Origin: Centroscyllium fabricii | Taxonomy: Eukaryota | Assembly (NCBI GenBank): GCA_051313645.2 | Contig: JBNRSN020000008.1 | Coordinates: forward strand, 244,590,001 to 244,654,000 | Reading direction: 5' to 3' | Length of the DNA stretch: 64,000 bases | Part shown: positions 48,944-59,376 of the stretch, one piece after another | Position numbering within the stretch: the stretch's first letter is position 1 | Layout: each line of letters starts with the position of its first letter | The notes under the pieces: generated by a model | What the model was told of the DNA's origin: nothing | The model's input: only the letters and a program-made list of their open reading frames with translations | The model's database searches: none | Translations under genes and position numbers: made by a program

Positions 48944-51900
48944 TGTTATATCTATTAATGATCACACACAGAGCCTTCATAAACGTTGACTAGTTTATTG
49001 CATAGCAGCCATTACACAGCCCTACATGCTGTGGTTACCCAGCATCCTTTGGGGATGGAACATTCCAAGTATCACAGCCCTTAAGGGGAGTGCAGACTCT
49101 ACCAATATATAACATCTCCTCCCCCCTTACAATCAACGTCCATAGTTAACAATAACATTACAATTAACAAAAGTAACATACCAACTAACAAAACATTATT
49201 ATACATATATACATTATTTCCAGTACCTGGGGTGAGGGCACCCGACTTCCTCAGACCCCGGCAATTCCCATGGGCATTATTCTGCCCCAGTTGTTTTGGG
49301 TATGCCTCTATTAGTAACTCAGTCGTTCAGGGGGCCGCCGCTGTCTAGCAGGATATCGGCGGTCATTCGGAACATTGTCTTCGCTTGTTGGCGATGGTGA
49401 ATCGGAGCAAACTGGAGAGGCAACAGGAGGAAGAACATCTTCCTCGGCGGGCAGGTCCGGAACCACAGGGTCAGGCTGAGGCAACACTGGGGGCACGTTC
49501 TGCGAGGACTGGTCAACAGGTGGAACCTCACATTGGATCTCCGGGCGACTCTCGTCAGGTAGTCCTGAGGGCTGAACCGTGTGTAGCAGTTGGTCCACTT
49601 GCCGTCTCCAGACAGTACCAGTAGTCGTCTGGACTGTATATGAAACTGGTCCCGTCTGAGCAACAATAGTGGCTGGAATCCAGTTGGGCCCACTGACGTA
49701 ACTTCGTATCAACACTGATGCCCCTGGCGTGAAAGCTCTGGGCTTCGCATGCTGGTCTCTTCTAATAATTTGGGACTCCTGCTGCTGTTGCACAGTGTCC
49801 TTCACTGATGGTGGCTTCAGGAGGTCAAAATGAGACCGCAGCTCTCTTTTGAGTAATAGGCGAGCTGGTGATACTTTGGTCGTAGCATGGGCCGTATTAC
49901 GGTAGGTCAGTAAGAACCTATGCAATCTTTGATGCAAAGTTCCTTGGCCTTGGGATGCTCTCAGGGCGTGCTTCATCGTTTGCACAAACCTTTCAGCGAG
50001 GCCATTGGTTGCAGGATGATATGGGGCGGACCTGATATGCTGCACTCCATTTACTTGCAAGAAGGCAGCCATCTCCTGCGATACAAACTGTGGGCCATTG
50101 TCAGATACAAGCTGGATGGGAGCTCCAAACCGACTGAACATTTCCCCCAACTTCTCAATGGTCCTTTCTGACGTGGTGGAACGCATGATTGCCACTTCAG
50201 GCCATTTGCTGTGTGCATCAACAGCAACAAGAAACATATTTTCTTCAAACGGTCCTGCAAAATCAACATGGACCCTGTGCCATGGTTCTTCAGAGAAACT
50301 CCATGGGTGTAGAGGAGCCAACTGTGGATGATTTCTGACCTTCTGGCATGAAGAGCATGTCTTCGCAATGCTCTCGATCTGTCCATCCATGCCTGGCCAC
50401 CAGAAATAGCTTCTTGCTATTTCCTTCATTCGGACAATTCCGCTGTGCCCTGAGTGGAGTTGTTGCAACACTGGTTTGCGTAATGATGGTGGAATGACCA
50501 CCCTCCTTCCCCATAGCAAACATCCCAACTGTACTGACAATTCCATTTTCTTTGATAGGTAGGGCTGTAAGTTGCTGTCCCCATTACCAACGGTGCCCTT
50601 TACAATGATCTCCACAACAGCCGATAAGATGGGATCGCTGCGCATAGCACCTCGTACTTGAGAAGCTGAGACAGGAGCATTGTCCACCTGGCTAAAATAA
50701 AAGACTTCTGCCTTATGGAATTCGGGTTTAGTGACAGGAAGTGGCAACCTAGATAAACCATCGGCGTTGCAGTGTGACTCTGCCTTACGATATTTTATGT
50801 CATAAGAATGAGCAGACAATAATAAAGCCCAACGTTGCAGACGACTTGCAACAAGAGACGGTATCCCAGTGTGTGGACCCAGGATGGTTGTGAGAGGCCG
50901 ATGGTCTGTAAGAAGTGTGAACCTCCGTCCATATAAATACTGGTGGAATTTCCGAACTCCAAAAACGATACTTAAAGCTTCTCGCTCCAGTTGAGCATAG
51001 TTGGCCTCTGCTTTATTCAGTGTCCTTGACGCAAAAGCGATGGGTCTTACCTCCCCATTTGACAGGACATGCGAAAGAACTGCACCTACCCCATATGGAG
51101 ATGCATCACAGGCCAGTTGAAGAGGAAGTGAAGGGTCAAAATGAGTCAAGACATCTGAACGAACTAGCAGCTCTTTAGCCTTTTTAAAAGCTTCTTGACA
51201 TGCAGTACTCCATTTCCATGTTCTGTCTTGGCACAGCAATTCATGAAGTGGCTTCAACAACGATGCTAGATTTGGCATAAACCGACCATAATAATTAAGT
51301 AGACCTAGAAAAGAACGCAGTTGACTGACGTTCTGTGGTGGTGGCGCATCCACAATGGCTGCGGTTTTAGATGGGGCAGTATGCAACCCCTCAGCATCAA
51401 TGACATGCCCCAAGTACTCTACCGATGCTTTGAAAAATTCACACTTGTCTTTACGAACTCTGAGTCCATACTGTTTAAGACGATTTAGCATCGCATCCAA
51501 ATTCTGAAGGTGTTGCTCATCAGTGACTCCAGTACAAAGAATATCATCCAGGTAACACTGTACTCCGGACAGTCCGCTAAGAATTTGATCCATGGCACAC
51601 TGGAACAGCGCTGGAGCTGACGTAATACCGAAAGGCAACCGACAATAACGAAAAAGACCCTTGTGCGTGGTAATGGTGAGCAATTCACGCGAGTCTTTGT
51701 GGACATGCATTTGAAAATAGGCTTGACATATGTCTATTTTACTGAACTTTTGTCCCCCACTGAGTCCAGCGAATAGATCATCGATGTGGGGAAGCGGGTA
51801 CTGTTCTGCACATAACACTGTGTTAAGTGTTACCTTTAAATCCCCACAGGTTCGGATGCCTCCATCTTTTTTTGGTACTGGAACTATCGGTGTAGCCCAA

Positions 51901-53791
51901 TCACTAACAGTGACCGGTTCCAATACTCCATTTTCCACGAGAGCATCTAGATCAGCTTCTACTTTCGGTTTGATAGCGTATGGTACTGACCTGGCCTTCA
52001 TGAACACCGGCCTGCTATCCAGCTTAACATGTAATTTAACTGTTATGCCCTTCATGCTCCCCAGTTCATCTCGAAAAACTGTATCAGAGGGTCGCAGCTT
52101 TAGGTGCCTCAAGGAGTTGTAAAAGACCTTGGTCGAAATAATTGAGGCCCGTGACCCGGTATCAATCTGCATTCTAACTGCGTGTCCCTCTAGCTTGGGT
52201 GAAACCCAGTATCCATCTGAACCCTCATCTATGTTCCATATTCTAAGGGTGTTTACCAGCAGTTCCTCCCCGGAGGAGTCACTTGACTTGTTCTCTTGTT
52301 TCATTGTATGAACGTATTTCTTCGTCCTAGCCCCGTATTTCGATGGGGTGCCCGTGCTTTTCTTACTGCGACATGCCCGTTCTATGTGGTCCTTTTTCCC
52401 GCAGCTGCGGCATTCCAAATCCCTGCACCAACACGAAGGTGCCAGGTGTCGCTTTTGTCCACAACGGAAGCACTGACCTTGACTGCTCGGTCCTTGGCCA
52501 CTTAGCTTACCACCGTCAACCTTATATACACGACTTGTCGTCGCCTGCAGCTGCTGAGCTTCCTTCGAAGCCATTTCCATGCTCACTGCAATATTCAGGG
52601 CTTGCTCCCATGTTAACTCCTTCTCTGTTAATAATTTCTTTTGAGCGGCTTCATTGCTTAAGCCACATACTAGCCGGTCTCTCAGTGTATCGTTCAGCGA
52701 TTGCCCAAAATTGCAATGCTCTGCGAGCTTCCGCAACGCTGCTGCAAACTTTGTAACCGCCTCTCCGTCTCCTTGGCTGCGACTATGAAAGCGAAACCGT
52801 TCCGCGATGACCAAGGGTTTGGGTGCAAAATGGTTGGCCAGTGTCTCTACGATTAATCCATAGGTTTGGGTTCCCGGTTTGTCTGGCTGCAGTAAATCAC
52901 GCAGTAGATTATATGTTCTCGGGCCCATCATGCTCAAAAATGTGGCGGAAATTCTTTCTTCCTTGATGTCATTTGCTTTGACAAAACAGTCAAATCGCTC
53001 CGTATACCCAGACCACTGCTCTGTTCCATCATCATAGGGCCCAATCGTTCCATAGACTGCCGCCATTGTTCACCCCTTTTCGCGCCCTTTTTTTTTAACG
53101 GCCTCACGTTCTGTTCGAGCTCTCTTTAAACAACCAAAACGGCTTTGCGCTCTTTTTTTAAAATTATATGGCTCTCTCTCTTGCCTCCTTTTGAGGTACC
53201 TGGTGGTCGACTCATTTGTCTGTTTCTTGGCACCACCACGCCCGCTGTTTGGAGTGCTCCCAGCTCCTCCAACCTCCAGCGGTGGCAGGCCTCCTCCTCT
53301 GTTGGCTGTCCTCCAGCCCCGTTCAGCCTCCTGTGAGTGTCCGTCGACCGCGGTTCCTCCCGCCGGTCCCGGTTCCGTTTTTTTTGTTTTTTTCTTTCTC
53401 TGCAGCTGCCTCACCAATACCGGAACGTTGGACATCCGATGTCCACTCCAGTACCGAGTGCGTCCTGCCTTTTTTTTTCTTTTAAAGACGGCGAGTTCTT
53501 CTTTTTTTTTTCAAAAAAAAATGTTTATATTACTTTTTTTTTTCTTTTTAAAATTATTTTAACTTGTCGATGAGTCTGTTTGACTCATCAATAGTGGATC
53601 CTATCCACCTCGTTGCCAGATGTTATATCTATTAATGATCACACACAGAGCCTTCATAAACATCGACTAGTTTATTGCATAGCAGCCATTACACAGCCCT
53701 ACATGCTGTGGTTACTCAGCATCCTTTGGGGATGGAACATTCCAAGTATCACAGCCCTTAAGGGGAGTGCAGACTCTACCAATATATAACA
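48944..53791 (-). mobile_element. Young Gypsy (Mag-like) nested in the outer Gypsy; LTRs 53621-53791 (5') and 48944-49114 (3')
   Basis: 171-bp LTRs with 3 differences; TSD gtcct; PBS tggcaacgagg; PPT aaggggggaggaga. Confidence 0.97.
49311..53066 (-). CDS. Single uninterrupted gag-pol ORF (1251 aa) with an in-frame deletion in the protease
   Basis: Gag knuckles, IDTG, RLPFGI, YLDD, CDASPYGVG, HVDFAGP, SDNGPQF, NGLAERFV; the segment between SDTVF and RDELG is missing. Confidence 0.95.
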   Translation of the reverse strand: MAAVYGTIGPYDDGTEQWSGYTERFDCFVKANDIKEERISATFLSMMGPRTYNLLRDLLQPDKPGTQTYGLIVETLANHFAPKPLVIAERFRFHSRSQGDGEAVTKFAAALRKLAEHCNFGQSLNDTLRDRLVCGLSNEAAQKKLLTEKELTWEQALNIAVSMEMASKEAQQLQATTSRVYKVDGGKLSGQGPSSQGQCFRCGQKRHLAPSCWCRDLECRSCGKKDHIERACRSKKSTGTPSKYGARTKKYVHTMKQENKSSDSSGEELLVNTLRIWNIDEGSDGYWVSPKLEGHAVRMQIDTGSRASIISTKVFYNSLRHLKLRPSDTVFRDELGSMKGITVKLHVKLDSRPVFMKARSVPYAIKPKVEADLDALVENGVLEPVTVSDWATPIVPVPKKDGGIRTCGDLKVTLNTVLCAEQYPLPHIDDLFAGLSGGQKFSKIDICQAYFQMHVHKDSRELLTITTHKGLFRYCRLPFGITSAPALFQCAMDQILSGLSGVQCYLDDILCTGVTDEQHLQNLDAMLNRLKQYGLRVRKDKCEFFKASVEYLGHVIDAEGLHTAPSKTAAIVDAPPPQNVSQLRSFLGLLNYYGRFMPNLASLLKPLHELLCQDRTWKWSTACQEAFKKAKELLVRSDVLTHFDPSLPLQLACDASPYGVGAVLSHVLSNGEVRPIAFASRTLNKAEANYAQLEREALSIVFGVRKFHQYLYGRRFTLLTDHRPLTTILGPHTGIPSLVASRLQRWALLLSAHSYDIKYRKAESHCNADGLSRLPLPVTKPEFHKAEVFYFSQVDNAPVSASQVRGAMRSDPILSAVVEIIVKGTVGNGDSNLQPYLSKKMELSVQLGCLLWGRRVVIPPSLRKPVLQQLHSGHSGIVRMKEIARSYFWWPGMDGQIESIAKTCSSCQKVRNHPQLAPLHPWSFSEEPWHRVHVDFAGPFEENMFLVAVDAHSKWPEVAIMRSTTSERTIEKLGEMFSRFGAPIQLVSDNGPQFVSQEMAAFLQVNGVQHIRSAPYHPATNGLAERFVQTMKHALRASQGQGTLHQRLHRFLLTYRNTAHATTKVSPARLLLKRELRSHFDLLKPPSVKDTVQQQQESQIIRRDQHAKPRAFTPGASVLIRSYVSGPNWIPATIVAQTGPVSYTVQTTTGTVWRRQVDQLLHTVQPSGLPDESRPEIQCEVPPVDQSSQNVPPVLPQPDPVVPDLPAEEDVLPPVASPVCSDSPSPTSEDNVPNDRRYPARQRRPPERLSY

Positions 53792-55761
53792 GTCCTTACC
53801 AGGAATTTCAGTTTTGGACCAAAGTGGATTCCTGGCTTCATAGACTCAATGACAGGTCCAGTATCATACAAGGTCAGGGTGGGAAATGGTAGGGTAGTAC
53901 GCAGACATGTAGATCAGATACTTACCAGACAAGGGGAAATTGAAATCGAGGTTCCAAATGCAATGGCTGAGGACAGGGTTGCCCCCAGTTATACAAGAGC
54001 ATCTGTGGTGTCACCACCAAGGACAGAGACCATTCCACAGGAACCCATTTGTCAAGAAGATATCATCATTGCAGAGTCAGATACTCTGAGCACTGCTCAG
54101 GAGCAGCTGGTGGCTGCACTACAACCAAGTGGGGATTTTACTGTTAGACGTTCACAGAGGGTTCACAAGCCACTAGAGAGACTTGTACAAACCTGGTAGA
54201 TTTGTCAAGTAAGGAACATCGAGAATGGAGAATCTTATGAGACCGTTTGGAATGTTGTTATTGAGGAATTCATACTGAAATCTTAAAGGGGGAGGAATAG
54301 AGTAATCTGGGGTGTTATAATTGGGGTTGTCCACCAGGTGGTGCTGCAACTATTGTATACTGGCTGAGGGTCAAAGGGCAGCCAAGGGTGACAAACTCCA
54401 GGGACTTCCATGTTGTATTTCAGCTGTACAGACACAGAATAAAGCCTCTCACTTTGTTCCTGTTCTAACGCCGCTTCGAGTCCTGCTTTCGCGAGCGGGG
54501 ATATTACAGCCATCAATATGCATGTGGTCTGAAAAGCCATGGTTACCTGTTCAAAAGGAAAACAGAGAATCCATTGTTGCTCTGCTTACGAGCCCAGGGG
54601 GTTCATTTTTCAATTCATTAATTTCTTCTGCACTGTGGAAATATCCACTCAAAATTAAGAAACTTAAATTTAATAATGCCTAATATATATAAATTTCATT
54701 CAGCAATACAAAGGTTGTGTGATTAACAAAATAAAGCTCTCAGCAGAAAGGTTTAACGTCTTTGCAGGTTTATAAGAAGGCGGAGCAAATACAATCAGAT
54801 GCATGCAATTGGGTCACTTCATGTAAACCTACTTTTTAAACTTTCCCAATCGAAAAGGAACCAAGCGCCCATTACTTTTTTCCAAGTCTTTGTGCTTTTG
54901 GAGTCAATCACGATACCATGTCTCGGACTTGCAGTAACCAAATTAAAAAGACAGTGCTTTGTAAATGTTCAAATTGATTTAAAACAAAACCACACATTTT
55001 TAATTTAAACTGCATAAGGCAATAGAATTCTGTTACTTTAATTCAATGAATAAAGTGCTCTGAAAAGTAAGACATTTCCTACCAGACACCATGGTGTAAA
55101 GACTGAAGCTTATCTTTTGTACATCCAACATTTGGGTGCTTTTCACACTGGCACAAGTAACCTTCAGTCAAATTAAATCCATACATACGTTTTTAACTTA
55201 AAATGTAATTAAAAGTTTTCCCAATTCTGGGTGCACAACCGTAAATTGAAATGAACATCAGCCACATTTACAATTTAATGCAACTTAAAATATTGATCCC
55301 TGTAATGGGTTACGAACTCCAAGTGTCAAATCTTTTTATGTGTTATTCCAAGGCACAAGCCTGTTCACACAGTTTAAATCAGTTCAAAATCCAAAAACAT
55401 GGCTTAAGTTTCTCACAAATAATAAATGTGTGCACGCATAAATCAATTATCAAATTTTAAACTATACACCTGTAGGAAAGACGTAATTAAAAATGCTTAA
55501 TACTTCCAATATCCAAGACAAGATTACAAAGAGTCAAACCGCTTTTAGCTCTGTGCACAGAACAGTTGATGGAGCTAAAACAAACATAGCAGACACAAAA
55601 GTATCAGACAAAAGAAATGCTTTAACTTGTTAAATATTCATCGCCCGGGCGCTAGTTGCTTTGTACCCTGTTAGTGCCTTAAGAGGGCGCTAACGAGAGG
55701 CACAAAGCAACCAAATTCCCCCCCACCCCGGCATCTTCCCTATCTCTCTGTTTTCTATAAT

Positions 55762-56440
55762 GGGCCTGAAATTCGGGTCGGAGGCTTCCCGCAAGTGCGA
55801 GCCTCCAACCTGCACTTACCGAGCGCGCCGGCCATCAAGCTGTGCCTCCGCATGGAATCCCGATGTGGGGCCTTCCTGAACTGCCGGCGCGCCACGCTCC
55901 CGGATCCCTGCAGCGAAGATCCGTGCGATCCCGCACGGGATCACGTGCCACGGAGAGCCAATCGGAGCACAGAATGCTCCATTCATAAGTTTCACGGGAA
56001 GACCTGTCAAACATATAAATACTACAAGCCCCAAAACCACAGTAAATCTTCAAATTTTTTTTTAATCACATTGTTTTAAATAACTATCAATTACATAAAT
56101 TAGCTATTTTAAACAAAAATTTCAAATTTTGAAAAAGATAATTAAAGTTTTTAACGGGGCTAAAAATAAACTTACCTTTCTTTAAAGTATCTAAAAATAA
56201 AAAACCTGTGGAAATTTTTTTTTTAATTGAATTAATTCACCACCTACCTTCTGAAAAGGGGTCTTTGCGCGTGAAAACAGGAGCCGCAACTGTTTCCTTA
56301 CTTACCCGCACACAGACCTGTAAAAAAATCGGAAGTCCATTGCGTGCATGCGCTGTGCATGCATGAAACCAGCACTTCGGATGGGCCTACGAGTGAGTAC
56401 CCAGTGCGTACTCGTGCGTTGGGACCGGAATTTCTGGGCC
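55762..56440. mobile_element. MITE (Harbinger-like)
   Basis: TIR gggcctgaaattc / gaatttctgggcc; TSD aat. Confidence 0.8.
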
Positions 56441-56545
56441 AATGTTATCAGTCTAGTTCTATGGTTGAGCATTTCCCAGCCCTTTTCCAAGGTCCTGCTG
56501 CAATATTTCAATTGTTCAGTTATATTTTAATTGTGTTAAATATTT

Positions 56546-59376
56546 GGGGCTCGATTTTTGCCAGGCCCGAGGAGGCGGGATTGGAGGCACGTGAGGTGTT
56601 CAAATCGCAAAAACTGGCAGGCGGGCCCGATCCCGCATCCATCCTGCCTCCGAGCAATTTTTCCACATGCAAGTTTTCTGACCCCGTCGCCATCCCGCCT
56701 CCAAGAGGCGCGATAGGCCCTTAAGGCCCTTAACAACCAGTTAAGTGCCTTTATAACACCATTTTGAGAGGCCTTTCTGATTTTAAGTTTTCTCCCGTGC
56801 TGCATGCCTCCTCTGAAACACGCCAGTGAAACCTGGCAGCAGCACAAGTGGATTGCTTACTAACAGCTGCAGCTCCACCATTAAAAAGGAGTTTTCAGCA
56901 ATCTTCATTTGCAGGTGGCAGAACTTTGTTGTCTCAGGTCTGTGGGAACTTTTAACAGACCTACTCATTGTTGTGGAAGTTTGGAGCCTGACACCCAATT
57001 CCAGTGTGACCTCCTGGGAAAACCCTCTCCCCACCTTGAATGAACACTTCCTCAACTGAGGTATATACCAGAATAATGGGATCCATTTATTTCCTTTCCT
57101 CTTGGACATCAGATTCAGACGAAGACTATCCGTGGCAGCAGCAGAACCCTGAACAACAGCAGCACCAACAGCAGCAGCAACAGCAGGAGTGCCAAGCTGC
57201 TGCTCACCCACCTGAAGCTGCACAGGCCAGAAGGCGCCAGCGTGCAACCACATTGCTGCCCAGGATGCAAGGGACACACACATCTTGGCCAGATTTGCTT
57301 AGCCTGCACAATCAAACGCTTTTGCCTCGCACCTTCTGATCAGACCGTCGACAATGGCCAAGAACCTGTGGATTCCTATCACTCTGACCACCATACTAAC
57401 AATTTCAAGTTGCCGTAAGCCCCCAATGTGGAAGTTCCATTTGCGAAATGACACATGCCACATCTGCAAGTTTGCCATCAGAATTTTTTAGGACAATAAG
57501 CAAGTGATGGCATTTTAAAAATAAACACATTACACCCAAGTGACTACCCTTATGACTACTTGTGGATTATCTTTCGCTTACGCATGCTCCTACATGGTGC
57601 ACCCCTGTGGCTCAGCAGATGTGGAGGCCCCTTGCTCACTTTCTTGCTGCTCCTGTCTCAACACCTTTGGCGGGCATTCTCTGGGGTTGCGAATCTGTGA
57701 GGGCTCGGCAACAGTCTGCTGCTCCTGCAGCTGTGCAGGGGTTGAGTCGCCAATCTCAGTTGGGTGGGGACTCTGGTGGGGCTCTGGCTGAGGGCTCTGC
57801 AGTGGCATGGTCATGTGAGTGCTTGGAGAGGAGCCCCCACTTCCTTGTTGTCTGCCACCAACATCCCTCTCATGGGTCAGCCCCACTTCAGAGCTAGCAA
57901 GCGGCTTGAAAGCACCTTGCTGCAATTCAGGGGGGGGCCATGAGGACCCGTTTCTGTACTGGAGGTCCTACTCCCGAGGACTTGCCTGAAGGTCTGGTTT
58001 GTTTGCTCAAGAGCTGACTATCGCTTCTCAAGTGATGTCAGTCTATTCTGAACAAATCCCATGTTTTCCATACCCTGGCAACTAAGCTCCTCCATGGAGG
58101 TAACCATCCTTTCCACTGAGGTTGCCATCCTTTCCATGGTGATGCGTTCATGCGCCAACGCCTCCACAAAGTCTCTGCTCATGTTAGCGATGGACTCCTC
58201 CATTCACTCCACACTCACAGCGATCCTCGCAGCAAGACACAAACTGCCAGAGACTCCTACACCTGCTCCTGGAGTTCCAGCACCGTTCTTCCACTGGATG
58301 GACCCGGAGGCAGAGGGTCGATATGCAGCTGAGTCGAGCTGGCAACGTCATGTGCCCTCCGACTAGGACACTCCACTGCTGTCCCTGTCTCCACCATCTG
58401 CTGATGCTCACTTCTGAGCTGTGATACACCAGGTGACAACATTACACTATCTCGCGAAGGTACCACCGAGGTATGAGTGTCTGCGCTGGTGCTGGGTGCG
58501 CTGAATTCTGCTGATGCTGTGCCCTCAGAGGTTGCAGTGCCCTCTGAGGAGTCTGGAGGCTCAGGCTGTCCCTCCTGGATAGTGGGATGGGGGCTTTCGA
58601 TGGTCTTGTGAGGGAGTAAAGGAAAGAGTCAGAGATGTGAGGACAAGGTTACATGCACATTGCATATTGCAGATGATCATAAGTCAATCTGTTAGAGCAT
58701 CAGAATCATTATCAGTGACTCCTGCAATGTCAATGAGAGAGATGATGAACTATTCTGTCACCAGCTTGCTCTGATGCATCTGTCCATCCCCCACTTATGC
58801 ATCATCCTCCACTCCCACGATCTCCAGGGCCGCATCCTCCCAGGGGGTGAGATGGGCTACTGAGGGTGGCCCTCCTCCTGCCCACACACTTTCCCTCTTA
58901 TTGTGAGCTCTCTCTTCCTGCAATGAGGGAGACAAGTGGAGTTGGAGTGAGAATGAAGGAGTGAGTGTAGCGAATCGATATCATTGATGGTTAGAAGAAG
59001 ACAAAGATGGAGTGAGGTGGCAAGACCAAGGGCCCTCCCTGTGTTGTTAGTTGTTTTCATAGCATCACAGCGACAGGGAGTGTGAGGGCTGCATGCCTGA
59101 ATAGTTAGGTGAATGTGACCATAGAGAGAGCGAGGGAGTGGGTAAAGGAGCATGGATGTCCCTGTCAAGTGGGATGTGGAGGAAGAGGTGGTCAAAGCTG
59201 AGTGCTGGTGAGGAGAGGCAATGGGGATCAGATTGAAGGTGATGGAAAGTCATACTCACTTTTCCAGTGCACAGAAGGTCATGAAACCTCTTCCTCCACT
59301 GCAGCCAGGATCTGTGTCATAGACAAAGAGTTGACCTGCTGCGCCACTTGTATCCACACAGCTTTCGTCTGATGGG
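56546..59376. mobile_element. Second Harbinger element, internally deleted: transposase N-terminus only (57076-~57270, +) and Myb-like gene remnants (-), cut by a Gypsy at 59377
   Basis: MGSIYFL..poly-Q start like 29272; exons 59376-59260 (KAVWIQVAQQVNS..WRKRFHDL|gtgagt), 58917-58762 and an exon 3 with MERMATS, homologous to 31982-34041. Confidence 0.85.

Larger units (their letters stand above)
45049..54199 (+). pseudogene. Gag-pol of the outer Gypsy, multiply disrupted
   Basis: LRDRLVCG, two CCHC knuckles, VDTG, RLPFGV, YLDDIL, CDASAYGVG, HPWEWP, SDNAT, SNGLAERAV; many stops and frameshifts; resumes at 53792 after the nested element. Confidence 0.93.
44723..54508 (+). mobile_element. Older Gypsy (Mag-like) LTR retrotransposon; LTRs 44723-44933 and 54298-54508; host of a SINE and a second Gypsy
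   Basis: 211-bp diverged LTRs; TSD gccat; PBS tggcgacgag (tRNA-Ser-like) at 44935; PPT aaagggggaggaa. Confidence 0.95.

Noticed and set aside
54510-55760. AT-rich unique-looking stretch, a possible 3' UTR or gene remnant
   Set aside because: No splice-bounded ORF or recognisable motif; cannot be supported from sequence alone.
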